Assembly (NCBI RefSeq): GCF_006345805.1
Contig: NC_043015.1
Coordinates: forward strand, 41,230,001 to 41,294,000
From: Octopus sinensis
Taxonomy: Eukaryota
Reading direction: 5' to 3'
DNA: 64,000 bases
Below, piece after piece: positions 27,890 through 41,468 of the stretch (positions are counted from its first letter, which is position 1; each line of letters begins with the position of its first letter). The position numbers and the translations under genes were made by a program. A model generated the notes under the pieces. That model worked only from the letters and a program-made list of their open reading frames with translations. It was not told the origin of the DNA and did not search any database.

Positions 27890-29237
27890 TCTGGTCAATC
27901 AAAGTACCTTGGATCGCAAGGCGGCCCGCTGTGCTTACCTTGGATCGTAGGGCGACCTGCTGTGCTTGAGGAGACCTGTTGAGTCAAGTACATCAACGTC
28001 AAAATAAAAATCAAATGGAAATTGTAGTTGTGATCCCCATACCAGTGGCACGTAAAAAGCACCATCTGATCGTGGCCGATGTCGGCGCAGCCTTGACTGG
28101 CTTCCATGCCGGTGGCATGTAAAAAGCACCATCTGATCGTGGCCAATGCCAGCGCAGCCTTGACTGGCTTCCATGCCGGTGGCACATAAAAAGCACCATC
28201 TGATCGTGGCCGATGCCAGCGCAGCCTTGACTGGCTTCCATGCCGGTGGCACATAAAAAGCACCATCTGATCGTGGCCGATGCCAGCGCAGCCTTGACTA
28301 GCTTCCATGCCAGTGGCACATAAAAAGCACCATCTGATCGTAGCCGATGCCAGCGCAGCCTTGACTGGCTTCCATGCCGGTGGCACATAAAAAGCACCAT
28401 CTGATCGTGGCCAATGCCAGCGCAGTCTTGACTGGCTTCCATGCCGGTGGCACATAAAAAGCACCATCTGATCGTGGCCAATGCCAGCGCAGCCTTGACT
28501 GGCTTCCATGCCGGTGGCACATAAAAAGCACCATCTGATCGTGGCCGATGCCAGCGCAGCCTTGACTGGCTTCCATGCCGGTGGCACATAAAAAGCACCA
28601 TCTGATCGTAGCCGATGCCAGCGCAGCCTTGACTGGCTTCCATGCCGGTGGCACATAAAAAGCACCATCTGATCGTGGCCAATGCCAGCGCAGCCTTGAC
28701 TGGCTTCCATGCCTGTGGCACATAAAAAGCACCATCTGATCGTGGCCAATGCCAGCGCAGCCTTGACTGGCTTCCATGCCGGTGGCACATAAAAAGCACC
28801 ATCTGATCGTGGCCGATGCCAGCGCAGCCTTGAGTAGCTTCCATGCCAGTGGCACATAAAAAGCACCATCTGATCGTAGCTGATGCCGGTGGCACGTAAA
28901 AAGCACCATCTGATCGTGGCCGATGCCAGCGCAGCCTTGACTGGCTTCCATCCCGGTGGCACGTAAAAAGCACCATCTGATCGTGGCCGATGCCAGCGCA
29001 GCCTTGACTGACTTCCATGCCGGTGGTATGTAAAAAGCACCATCTGATTGTGGCTGTTGTCAGTCTATTCTGGCCCCTGTGCCGGTGGCTCGGAGAAAGC
29101 ACCCACTACACTCTCGGAGTGGTTGGCGTTAGGAAGGGCATCCAACTGTAGAAACACTGCCAGATCAGACTGGAGCCTGGTGCAGCCTCCAACCCATGCT
29201 AGCATGGAAAACGGACGTTAAATGATAATGATGATGA
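27890..29237 (+). mobile_element. Non-autonomous retroelement with RTE-like 3' tail and internal tandem array
   Basis: 3' part GTTGGCGTTAGGAAGGGCATCC...CCCATGCTAGCATGGAAAACGGACGTTAAA(TGA)n is shared with 16325-16700 (-), 34665-35092 (+) and 41556-41905 (-). RTE affinity is an inference. Confidence 0.65.
28041..29105. repeat. 67-bp tandem array (about 16 units)
   Basis: Unit GCCGGTGGCACATAAAAAGCACCATCTGATCGTGGCCGATGCCAGCGCAGCCTTGACTGGCTTCCAT. GCACC recurs at 28059, 28126, 28193 ... 28863, 28903, 28970, 29037, 29099. Confidence 0.97.
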
Positions 29238-31145
29238 TATATATACACACACACATACATACATACATATATGGTTTGGTTGTTGTCTCATATATATGCG
29301 TGTAATCTTTGTGTATATTTAGCCTGACTGTTGTTTGCATTGACAATGGTGACAGTCGTACGAGTGTGTATATACACACCTGTTTGTATTGATCTGTTGC
29401 AATCAATGTGGTTTGCATTCTTCTATCCCTGTCTGTCCTACATACTGATGGTCAAACGACAATAGTAATAATAATCCTTTCTATTATAGGCACAAGGCCT
29501 GAAATTTGTGGGGAGGGTTAAGTTGATTAGATTGACTCCAGTATGCAACTGGTACTTAAATTTATCAACCCTGAAAGGATGAAAGACAAAGTCAACCCTG
29601 GCGGAATTTGAACTCAGAACGTAAAGACAGACAAAATGCTGCTAAATATTTTGCCCAACGTGCTAACAGTTCTGCCAGCTCACAGCCTTTCAAACAACAA
29701 TAATAAACAACCACTAACTAACAGGGATGTAAACACACCAACATTGGTTGTCAAGCAATGGTGGGGGAACAAACACAGACACACAAACATATATATACAT
29801 GATAGATCGTTAGCCACTACACACATTTTGTTCTCTCCTTGTTTCTCACCTTGTTTCTCTCCTTGTTTTTTCTGTGTCCCTTTCTGTAGAAGAGCATAGG
29901 CTCGAAACGTAAAAGACTTTTTCTATTCCTGAGCGTTATACTAATACATCTGTTTGTTTTGTACACCACCTGTCTTCGTCTTTTGTTTTTTTTTCGTAAA
30001 CTCTCCCTATATATATATAATATATATATATATTCCTCCTCACCACTACAAACTCAATACCACTATAAAATGGTCAAAACTCCTCACACAGGAACTTAGT
30101 TTGATTTGAAAACCCCACTAGAATGGGAGAAAGCGCTAATACATGATCTAAGTTATATGATGTATAAAAAATGTAATATACAAATAAATATCTGTAAATA
30201 TAAACCATCCAATTTTCTGAGTACCTCATTTCTTCTAATATATATATATATATATACACACACATATGATAGGCTTCTTTCAGTTTCCGTCTGCCAAATC
30301 CACTCACAAGGCTTTGGTCAGCCGAAGGCTACAGTAGACGACACTTGCCCAAGGTGCCACGCAGTGGGACTGAACCCAGAACCATGTGGTTGGTAAGCAA
30401 GCTACTCCTGTGCCTTAATAATTCTATCATAGACACAGGGCCTAACATTTTATGGGGAAACAGGCTTGTTGATTACATCACCGGCAGTACCCGACTGGTC
30501 CTTATTTTTTTTACCTCTGAATGGATGAACAGCAATATTGACCCCAGTGGAATTCAAACTTAGAACGTAAAAAACAGACACAATGTTGCTGTTAAAGGTT
30601 TTGTCCTGTGTACTCATGGTCCTACCTGCTCACCACATCAGTAATAGCAACAATAATAACAACAACAACAACAATAAGGAGAAGAAGAACAAAAAAAAGA
30701 AATGATGATAAAAATAGTAATAATGATAAAGGTGGAAGTTGAAAGCAGGGGAGCAGTTCAGGTGGGGTGCTTGTCTTTGAAAACCAATCACATCTTGCCT
30801 CTGCCTGCACCCATCTAGAATCATTAGGAGTCACACCTTTTGCTGGTGGCTCACCTCCTCATTTGTTCACCTGGACATCTGCTGCTCACCTGGTCTACCG
30901 CTGTCATGGTCGCTCAAATTGTATGTATTGGATATTTTGTACAAACACAACACATACATAGACATACATGTAATCATAAGTATATACACTCTTACACACA
31001 CACACATAAACACACTCATCATAGGGCTGGAACATCTTTTATTTGTATAAAAATATTATCAAGTTTCTATTTTTACTAGACATGTGTATGTTTGTATATA
31101 AATATTATATATATATATATATACATACATACACGTACACACATA

Positions 31146-31181
<36 letters not shown>

Positions 31182-31949
31182 CATATATACACGTACACTC
31201 ATATACACAAATATATATATACATACATATATATATATATACTCTCATACATAAATACATACACATAAACATATACACTCACATATATATATATGTGTGT
31301 ATATATAAATATATGTACATATACACACATAATATTTATATATACATATTGAGTTCAAATTCCGCCGAGGTCAACCTTACTTTCATCCTTTTGGGGTCAA
31401 TAAAATGTCAGTTGAGCAATGAGGGTCAATGTAATCGACTTACTCCCCTCCCACAAAATTGCTGGCCTTGTGCCAAAACTTGAAACTAATATTTGTATAT
31501 ACCCCCCACCCACATATATATGTTTTAATAGATATATACCCATACATACAGTACAAAATAATATATAATCTACATTGTACAGATCTTTCATTTGTTTCTG
31601 TCAGTAGACTGTGGCCATGCTAGAGCACCATTTTGAAGAGTTTATTGGTCAAAAGAATCCACCCCAGTATTCTTTTTTTTTTAAGCCTTGTACTTATTCT
31701 ATCGGTCTCTTTTGCTGAACCACTAGGTCACAGGAATGTAAACACACACACACACGATGGGCTTCCTTCAGTTTCCATCTACCAAATCCACTGACGAGGC
31801 TTTGGTCGGCCTGAGGCATTGGTAGAAGATGCTTACCCAAGGTGCCACGCAATGGGATTGAACCCGGAACCATGCAAACCTCTTCCCACACATCCGCACC
31901 ATTCATTTCAATGTTGATATGGGCGTGTACTACGGGGCTTATCACCACT

Positions 31950-32266
31950 CACACACCTGTACACACACCCACACAAAATGTTCACACACATGTGTACACA
32001 CACACACACACACATGTATACACACACACACAAAATGTTCACACACATGTATAAACACACACACACACACATGTATACACACACACACAAAATGTTCACA
32101 CACATGTATAAACACACACACACACAATGTTCACACACATGTATACACACACACACACACACACAAAATGTTCACACATGTATACACACACACAAATTGT
32201 TCACATGTATACACACACACACAAAATGTTTACACACATGTATACACATGCACACACACACACACA
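31950..32266. repeat. (CA)n minisatellite with AAAATGTTCA/CATGTAT interruptions
   Basis: Direct reading. Confidence 0.9.
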
Positions 32267-32793
32267 GTTAATGACTTGAATGACAGTATCTGCTCTGCTT
32301 GTTTACTCTTTTCTTTACCTGTAAACACACCTGAGTAGTCTTTAATTCCTTCTCTCTCTCTCTCTCTCCCACCTGTATATGTATTGTGTCTTCATGTTAG
32401 TTTTTTTTCCCCTTTTTTTTTTAAACTTGACTGGGTTTTTTTTAATGTTGTTTTCATTCCCTTTCCACATACATTCCATCACAATTGTTAAAGATGCTGG
32501 ACTGAGGACTATTGTAGAATGTAGCTTCATCTCTTTTACCTTTTTGTTCTTGTGTGTGGTGTGTGTGTGTGTGTGTGGTGTGTGTAGATACACAAATCCC
32601 CTCCATCTTTCTTTTTTTCCAGCTAGGACAACCATGTGTCCCCTTTACAGCAAGGCATCCTTTTCTGTCCCTCTGTCATATTTTAACCTCGTCAACACCT
32701 GGCACAAGGCCCCCCCCCTCAGTCCTCTACACCCATTCAGTCAAGCACCCTGTACACTCTGTAAATAGTTTGGCATTAGGAAGGACATCTAGG

Positions 32794-33158
32794 TGTAGGA
32801 GTGGCTGTGTGATAAGTAGCTTGCTTACCAACCACATGGTTCTGGGTTCAGTCCCACCGTGTGACACCTTGGGCAAGTGTGTCTTATACTATAGCCTCGG
32901 GCTGACCAAAGCCTTGTGAGTTGATTTGGTAGACGGAAACTGAAAGAAGCCCGTCATATATATGTGTGTGTATAAGTTTGTGTGTCTGTGTTTGTCCCCC
33001 CCAACATCGTTTGACAACCGATGGTGGTGTGTTTATGTCCTCGTAACTTAGCAGTTTGGCAAAAGAGACCAATAGAATAAGTACTAGGCTTACAAAGAAT
33101 AAGTTCTGGGATCGATTTGCTCGACTAAAGTTGGTGCTCCAGCATGGCCACAGTCAAA
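32794..33158 (+). mobile_element. SINE family A
   Basis: Family head and core; tail truncated. Confidence 0.8.
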
Positions 33159-33567
33159 TTGGAGGCGCTTGCTCTTAGTGTTCAGACGGCAGGGTTCCTT
33201 GATTTGCCCTAAAAGTCCCCTTGTATCAAGAGAAACATATCACCATAAGTTTTTCTTTTTTTTTTTACGCTGTACACCATATATTAATTGCATAGAAAAG
33301 TTAACACACTGGGCGAAATGCTTAGCGGTACTTTGTCTGCCGTTACGTTCTCAGTTCAAATTCCGCCAAGATTGACTTCGCTTTTCATTTCTTTCGGGGT
33401 CGATAAATTAAGTACCAGTAAAACCCTAGGATTGATGTAATCGAGGAGTTCCCTCCCTCCAAAATTCCAGGCCTTGTGCCTTTAGTAGAAAGGATTATTA
33501 TTATTATTATTTTTATTATTATTATTTTTTGTTATTATTATTATTATTATTTTTATTTATATTGCAG

Positions 33568-33631
33568 TCTTACGAAGTCATTGCCAGTACTGTCAATGTT
33601 CACACTCCAATGGATGAAACCAAAACAATAA
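33568..33631 (+). CDS. ARHGAP45: Internal exon of F-BAR RhoGAP (linker before F-BAR)
   Basis: TTGCAG acceptor, A|GTAAGT donor. SYEVIASTVNVHTPMDETKTI; phase 0 to 1 fits both neighbours. K|SYE parallels K-SFE of ARHGAP29 (from recall). Confidence 0.75.
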
Positions 33632-34426
33632 GTAAGTCCCACTTCACCATTTTGTGTCCCTTTTTATTGCTGCTCAAACCTTCTTTTGGGGCTTTTTCCT
33701 CGCTTGTAATTATTTATCTGTTGCTTTTGTTGATTTCACCTTATTTTACTCAATCGCTTGCATCCCCCTTTTTTTTTTTTTGTATTTTACCCTTCTACTG
33801 TCCCCTAGACCTTTGGGCCCTTGGAGGTTAATAAAAGTAATCGTTATTGATAGGACATATAATACCTCATGCTATGTCCAGTCCCTGAAATGCACAAGAA
33901 CCTCTCGGCTTATCAAATTTTATAACAAGCAATGATACGTTGGGAGAGGTGATAGGGGGCAAACAAATCGCACGAGGAAGGAAGGAAGGAGGGAGGGACC
34001 CTCTTCACCCTACTTTCACTGTTCTTTACCAAACAAAAGTAAAATCTCAAAGAACAGACAAATCCTAAGAACGTCACTTTTCGGGTGGAATTCTTTCTGT
34101 ATTATCATCAATTTCTGCATCCTTCTCTCTAATTTCTTGTGTTCTTCCTTATTTCATTTGCATATTTCTGCTCCATATCTCATTTCCTGATAGTCTTTTT
34201 GGAATTTATTGCTAATACCACACCCCTCTTCTCCTTATGCCACCTGCTCTTAAGTACCCCACCTCTCTTTATAAGTCTTTGCTATTCCTGTATTCTTTCT
34301 CTTATGATCCATATTACTTCGCACCTTCTGGTTTCCTCGCTGCTTTTTGCTCCCACCTAATCCAGCCCTACTGTTACTACTACCACTACTACTACTACAC
34401 ACCTTCTCTCTCTTTGTCTATCATAG

Positions 34427-34564
34427 ATGTTATGGGACCTGATGAGGTGAACGAAATTCTACGGCAACATGACAGTGGCATGGATGTAGCTTTACAGAGA
34501 GCCAAAGTTTGGTCAAAGTACCTCAAAGACATAATTTATTACATTGATAAGAAGGCACAGCTGG
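34427..34564 (+). CDS. ARHGAP45: F-BAR (FCH) domain start, ARHGAP45/29/GMIP family
   Basis: CATAG acceptor, G|GTAAGT donor. VMGPDEVNEILRQHDSGMDVALQRAKVWSKYLKDIIYYIDKKAQL matches the family pattern EEVD.LL....G.D.AL..AK.WSKY.KD.I.Y.EK...LE. Confidence 0.92.
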
Positions 34565-36101
34565 GTAAGTATATTATTTTCTTTCTTTCTTTCTATCTTC
34601 ACAGGTGTGGCTGTAGAATTAAGAAGTAGAAAACCTCTCAGAATTTTATTTGCCATTTTAACAAGCAGTGTGTGATCGTTACCAGCATCGCCTTACTGGC
34701 ACTTGTGCTCGTGCTAGTAGGGTGCCAAGAGCACCATCTGAGCGTGATCATTGCCAGAGTGGCTAACTGGCTTCCGTGCTGGTGGCACGTAAAAGGGCAC
34801 CATTTGAGCGTGAACTTTACCAGTGTCGCCTTACTGGTACCTGTGCCGGTGGCATGTGTAAAAAGATTCAAGCAAGGTCATTGCTAGTACTGCCTGACTG
34901 GCCCCATGCCGGTGGCACATAAAAAGCACCCACTACACTCTCAGAGGGGTTGGCATTAGGAAGGACATCCAGCTATAGAAACTCTGCCAGATCAGATTGG
35001 AGCCTGGTGCAGCCTTCTGGCTCGCCAGTCCTCAGTCAAACTGTCCAACCCATGCTAGCATGGAAAACGGACATTAAACGATAATGATGATGGGGCATTG
35101 GAGGAGGCGATCTTGTATCAGATGATAAAAATTTAGTTATAATTGTGTGTAGCCTGTAGATCATATAGCTATAAAACCTAAAAATATCACACTTATCTAT
35201 AATATAAATTGGACATGGGCAATAGTTGAATTCTTTCTTGTCTTGAGGTTCACAGTCAAATGGCTGGGTGGATTCAAGTGAAAAATGGCACACATGTGGA
35301 GATGGGTGCATAGATTGGAATGCAGTTTGTATTTTTTTCCTAGCACCCATTCTTACCAAGAAAATCGATTAAAACCTTTTCTAATGGAATTTCCGTTTGT
35401 TCCGCCATTAAAACAACCAGTTGCTCACACAGCCGGCATATACCATTTCGCTAGCAACAAGGAGAGTACAGGATGACAGTCAGCCAAAACTTTCACTCTC
35501 TTCTTTCACCTCTTTGTGGGGTTAATAATCTTAGTCTTTAGTTACAGTTTCTCAATCAAGCTACATAATAGGCAGAAATGTTGGATTAAGACAGTAGAGT
35601 GTTTTGAGGGAGATTTGCTTGCTATTTCTACCAGGTCTAGCATCCATGTACAGGTCTGAACTTAATTTTCATTCACATATGCTTAACCGGAAACGATCAC
35701 AGCCACATCATCCAAACAGGCCGGGTGAATAGTAGATATCTATGTAGGTTTTGGATTTCTTTTTAAACCTGTGTGTGCAGTGTTCAGTTAGATTTATAAG
35801 TGTGTGTGGCTGTGCCTCCTAAAGAAATAAGTGTGCATAGCCTGTAGGTTTTTATAGATATGTGTATGACTAAGCTGCCCCGTGGAAGAACTATTGCCTT
35901 GCTCCGAGGTAGGTTTGTGGTTGAATGGTTAATGCTATTGAGAACCGTAAAAAAACTTGCTTCAGCACAGAGCGTTATTGTGTTTCATTTGAAAGAGTCT
36001 CTTGATCCAATCATGTATGAAAGTGTATTCACGAAACGCGTCCCACTTGTGTTGGCTGGCAGGGCATGTGTATGCACACGTGTGTGTCTGTGAGCACGTC
36101 T

Positions 36102-36826
36102 CTGTGTGTGTGTATTTGAATGAATGTGTGTGTGTGTATTTGAATGAATGTGTGCATGTGTATTTGAATGAATCTGTGTGTGTGTGTGTGTGTGTGTATT
36201 TGAATGAATGTGTGTGTGTGTGTATTTGAATGAATGTGTGTGTGTGTATTGAATAAATGTGTGTATGTGTATTTGAATAAATGTGTGCGTGTGTATTTGA
36301 ATGAATGTGTGTGTGTATTTGAATAAATGTGTGCATGTGTATTTGAATGTGTGTGTGTGTGTGTGTGTTTGAATGAATGTGTGTATATGAATAAGTGTGT
36401 GTGTATTTGAATAAATGTGTGTGTGTGTATTTGAATAAATGTGTGTGTGTGTATTTGAATAAATGTGTGTGTGTGTATTTGAATAAATGTGTGCGTGTGT
36501 ATTTGAATGTGTGTGTGTGTTGTGTTTGAATGAATGTGTGTGCATTTGAATGAATGTGTGTGTGTGTATTTGAATGAGTGTGTGTGTGTGTGTGTCTATT
36601 TGAATAAATGTGTGTGTGTGTATTTGAATAAATGTGTGTGTATTTAAATGTGTGTGTATTTAAATGTGTGTGTTTGTTTTGAATAAATGTGTGCGTGTGT
36701 TTGAATAAATGTGTGTATGTGTGTGTGTATTTGAATGTGTGTGTGTGTGTGTGTGTGTATTTGAATAAATGTGTGTGTATTTGAAAGAATGACTCTGTGT
36801 GTATTTGAATAAATGTGTGTGTGTGT
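36102..36826. repeat. Minisatellite (TG)n-TATTTGAATRAA
   Basis: Many variable-length units; explains the HT-rich ORFs. Confidence 0.95.
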
Positions 36827-37196
36827 ACAACAGCTAAGATTTTTACGAATAAAAATTCCAATGGTAATGTGTATGACTGTTTGGTTCCAGGTCAGCCCAG
36901 ATTAAGCTGAACTCTGATCAAAGACAATCTAGCCATGACCATCTCCTCTTTAATGTAGATATAATGTATCCAGGACAGTATTACCCTAAATACAGAAATA
37001 ACTTTTTATCTTTTTAATTTTTTCGTAGACAGCCATGTTTTGGGGAGGATTTGACTGCTATTGTTAGCAGATCAAGACACCACATAGAGCACCTTTTCAA
37101 TAAATGTTTGCTCGTTAAATGACTCAGTTTAGTTCCGGCCGTGGGTGGTACTTCTTACTTTCAAGGCTAAAATAAAACTTTTGAGTTAAAAATGTT

Positions 37197-37245
37197 TTAT
37201 TATTATTATTATTATTATCATTATTATTATTATTATTATTATTAC

Positions 37246-37299
<54 letters not shown>

Positions 37300-37300
37300 C
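37197..37300. repeat. (TAT)n microsatellite
   Basis: Direct reading; source of the poly-Y ORF. Confidence 0.97.
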
Positions 37301-38851
37301 ATGGTGTAAAGCAAGAAGAATGGGCCATGCCCCTGTCTTTCAGAGACTGCCCATTAAAGGTGACACCAAAACGATCCATGACGTCAAACGGGGTGGAGCA
37401 GGGGTGGGAAGGTGAAGACACACCTAAACTTCTGGGGCAAAGATTTTTCTTTTCACCTTTTCTTTGTATTTAATGACTTAACGAGAGGAATAAGAGGCAG
37501 CTTTTGTTTGTGTGTGTGTGTTTTTTTTTTGTTGGACATTCTGGGGAGGAAGGATTGGGTAAGGTAAAAAAATATGGTCAGTACAAGAGTGGCGGGGAGG
37601 GGGAACTTGGGAGTGTACGAAGAGGGACTTCGAATGGATGCTGGGGGTCTGCCGTGTCTGGATGCAGATTGTGTGTAATTAAATGGTTTGCCATATCGTG
37701 TCTGTGGTAGTGGGCCTGGATGGAAGTGGTATGTAACCAGATGGTATACCATCTGAAGTATACTATGTCTTTTCTACTCTAGGCACAAGGCCCCAAATTT
37801 GGGGGGGGGGGTGAGGGGGGGGGGCAGTCGATTAGATTGACCCCAGTATGCAACTGGTACTTAATTTATCGACCCCGAAAGGAAAGGTAAAGTCGACCTA
37901 GGCGGATTTTGAACTCAGAATGTAAAGACCGACGAAATAGCGCTAAGCATTGTCTGATATATATATGTGTGTGTAGGTATGTATATATGTGTATATGTAT
38001 GTATATATATGTGTGTGTGGTGGGAGATGGTGTACAGCTAGATTGTATGTAATGTATATGCAGGTATGGATATTAAAGAAGGGAAGAACAACTAGGATTT
38101 CAGTGTTGTGTTTAAAGGTTGACTCTTTACAGCAAGATGAACTGGCTGGAAGATCTCTCCCTCCCTCCGTCCCTCCCTCTCTCTCACACACACTGTACAC
38201 TCGTACATTTGTCATTGTTGTTTTTTTAACATCTGCTTTCTATGCTGGTATGGGTTAGATGGATCATTGCTACTCTTCCAGATGGGTCCCAGTACTGGAT
38301 GGATGGATGGACGGATGGGCGGGCCGGTGGGCAAACAGAAACTGTAGCTATCAATAGCAGGGACCTTCTACATGGTCTCCAGAATTGCAAGAAATAGCTG
38401 TCAAATTCCTTCAAATCACACCCAACTGCATTGAAAGAGGGAAGGGCATTGCATTTTTAAAATGATGGGATGGCCATGACTGGAAGGCTTTTGATCATAG
38501 ATCTGCACAATCAGGGTTCACCTGAGCTCAACAACAACAGTATATATTTTTCCTCAATATATGGCACAAGTATGGCCATCCCAACCATGTGGTCTTCAGT
38601 TCAGTCTCATGCTGTGCCACCTTGGACAAGTGTCTTTTACTACAGCCCTAGGCTGATGAAAGCCTTGTGAGTGGAAACTGAAAGAAGCCTATTGTGTGTG
38701 TGTGTTCACATGCTTGTCTTGTTCATTTTCTAGTCCTCCATGAAAAACATGGAGGAATGTTAGCTTGCTTGGAAACAGGTATGGGTTGGTGACAGGAAGG
38801 GCATCCATCTGTAGAAAATTGATCCCAATTAATCCCATCTGACCCATGGAT

Positions 38852-39096
38852 GTTAACCCTTTTGCATTTAAACCAGGCACATCCAGCCAAAGTAGTCCAT
38901 TTGTTTTATGTTCAAAATGACCAGATTCAGCCTCTCAGACTTACCCTACAATGTCGTACAAAAAGTATACACTCCTTTAATCTAAATCTCAAAGCTACAA
39001 GATAATACATGATTAACTCCAAACAATGTGAATAAATAAATTAAATAAATAAATAAGCATTAATTTTGACGGAGTAGTCTGAAGGCTAAAGGGTTA
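38852..39096. mobile_element. Second piggyBac-type MITE family (intact copy of the element split at 45855-46696)
   Basis: TTAACCCTTTTGCATT...GGCTAAAGGGTTAT; the interior aligns by eye with 46491-46696. Confidence 0.6.
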
Positions 39097-39197
39097 TTCA
39101 ATTATGAAAACCCCTAAATGTTGGAATCTTTTGAAACTTCTGTTCTTCATGCAGTAATCCTAAAATAAAATGTCTTTGTGTTCTTCCATTTCCACAG

Positions 39198-39262
39198 AAA
39201 CGGATTACTCCAAGAATCTCATACGTCTCGCTCAGACAACCAAATCAACAATTGTTGAAGAT
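39198..39262 (+). CDS. ARHGAP45: F-BAR exon
   Basis: TTTCCACAG acceptor, GTGAGT donor. (E)TDYSKNLIRLAQTTKSTIVED; phase 1 to 0. Confidence 0.88.
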
Positions 39263-40437
39263 GTGAGTTACTGTTTCTTGCTTCATCCATTCTGTTGACT
39301 GTAAAGAGAAAAAACTGTTTTTTATGATTGTCTTAAAACAGAGAGAGAGAGAGAGAGAGAAAGTGTGTGTGTATATAAAACAATAAACATCGCCCTTTTC
39401 AAGCCTAGCCAGGCTCATGGGCCCAGTTTCTGTGCCGTATCTGTTCCCCCCAGCTGGACGGGACACCAGTCCATCGCAGCATTACTCAAGAAACAGGAAG
39501 AGAGGGTGAGAGAAAGTTGTGGCGAAAGAGTACAACAGGGGTTGCCACCACCCACTGCTGGAGCCTCGTGGAGCTTTTTGGTGTTTTCGCTGAATAAACA
39601 CACACAACGCCTGATCTGGGAATCGAAACCGTGATCCTCTGACCGCGAGCCCACTGCCCTAACCACTGGACCATTGCGCCTCCACATGTGTGTGTGTGTG
39701 TATATATATATATGTATATATATCTATGCATGTATACATAAAAATTGATCAAATAATAAAAGTGAAGTGAGAGAAGAGGTGTATGTTCATTCCATTAGTC
39801 GACAGCTGTGTCATAGTTCATGTTAGTTACATGATCAATAGTACACCATCCTTTCATATATGTAACTATATATGTACATCCTTATATACAAATATGTTGT
39901 AATACAACTGAGTCGAAAATTCAGCTTTTCCGACACAGTCCTTCTTTTGAGGAAAAGTTGAAAGGGGAGGAATTTAAGGAGAGACAGCAGAATTTCACAT
40001 TCTCTAAGTTAAAAACACACACACACTCTGTTGTCTCTCATTCATTTCTCTCCTTTCAACTTTTTTCCCTGCAGAAGGACGTGTATCTGAAACATTGGGT
40101 TTTTCACTCTTCATTACAAATTCACTGTACATTTTTTTTATTAGTTTATGTATATATATGGTTAAAATGCATGGAAAACAAAAGATAGAGACACAAATGA
40201 GAATACAACAGGCAGGTGTATTAGTTTAATGCTTGAGAAAACTGGAAGAGTCTTTGACATTTCGAGCCTGTGCTCTTTGTCTGAAAGGGATGAGAGGTTA
40301 AAAAATGGCGAGAGAGAGATAGAGAAAATGTGTCAGACTTAATAGGTTCTACATGTTGAAATGTATGTGTGTGTGTATGTATGTATATATCTCTCCATGG
40401 GCCTTGTATCTTAAGCATACATTTTCTTATTTCACAG

Positions 40438-40482
40438 GCACTCCTACCTTTACAATCAGTGTATTGCCTTCTCTTTAATATG
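40438..40482 (+). CDS. ARHGAP45: 45-nt F-BAR exon
   Basis: TTTCACAG acceptor, G|GTGAGT donor. ALLPLQSVYCLLFNM matches the family 'MPLQS(L/I)(F/Y)' motif; phase 0 to 0. Confidence 0.88.
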
Positions 40483-40792
40483 GTGAGTACAACATAACTT
40501 AAATACAGTGTGTGTGTGTGTGTATGTGATTGATTCTGTGCGTAACGGACTAACTGCATGCATCTGTGGTAGCGCACAAATCTATGTGCATCTGGGCGTG
40601 TGAATGTGCATGGGTCTGACTGACTGCATGGGTTCATGCGTCTGTGAGTCACTGTGTTAATAATGTGCACACAAGCCCTTGTATACATACAGGAGTGTGA
40701 ATATTTATCACAGTTCACTGCAGTATTCATTATTGTGACAGCTATAAATATACACAATAGATATTACACTGTCATTGTAACATGTACACTCA

Positions 40793-40834
<42 letters not shown>

Positions 40835-41428
40835 TTAGAAGAATAAAAGAAAATAGAGACTTCAGTAAAATTTCTCAAGTTCTGCAGTTGTTTTGAATGT
40901 TTGAAATGTGAAATGTCGTCATCTGCAATACTCATTGCATACAGGCGTGGCTGTGTGGTAAGATGTTAGCTTCCCAACCACATGGTTCCGGGTTCAGTCC
41001 CACTGTGTGTCACTTTTGGCAAGTGTCTTTTACTATAGCCTTGGGCTGACTAAAGCCATGTGAGTGAATTTGGTAGATGGAAACTGAAAGAAGCCCATTG
41101 TCTGTGTGTGTGTGTATATATATATATAGTTTGTTACTTCTTGAGCCATGCCTGGCTCATAAGGGCCGGTTTCCCAGTTTCCTTGTTGTATAGGTTCCCC
41201 ACCTGGACGGGACGTCAGTCCATCACAGGTGAGCTGCAAGATGCAGGAGGAAAGAGTGAGAGAAAGTTGTGGCGAAAGAGTCACCAGAAGTTCGCCATTA
41301 CCTTCTGCCGGAGCCGCGTGGAGCTTAAGGTGTTTCACTCATAAACACACACATCGCCCAGTCTGAGATTTGAATTCGCGATCCCTCGACTGCGAGTTCG
41401 CTGCTCTAACCACTAGGCCTTGTGCCTC

Positions 41429-41468
<40 letters not shown>

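Noticed and set aside
27895-29102. Long minus-strand ORFs (382, 363, 217 aa)
   Set aside because: The 67-bp unit lacks minus-strand stops, so the frames stay open and cycle every 3 units; there is no splice or domain evidence.
37801-37824. G-runs with G-quadruplex potential
   Set aside because: This is an expanded poly-G inside a SINE-B tail, with no sign of function.
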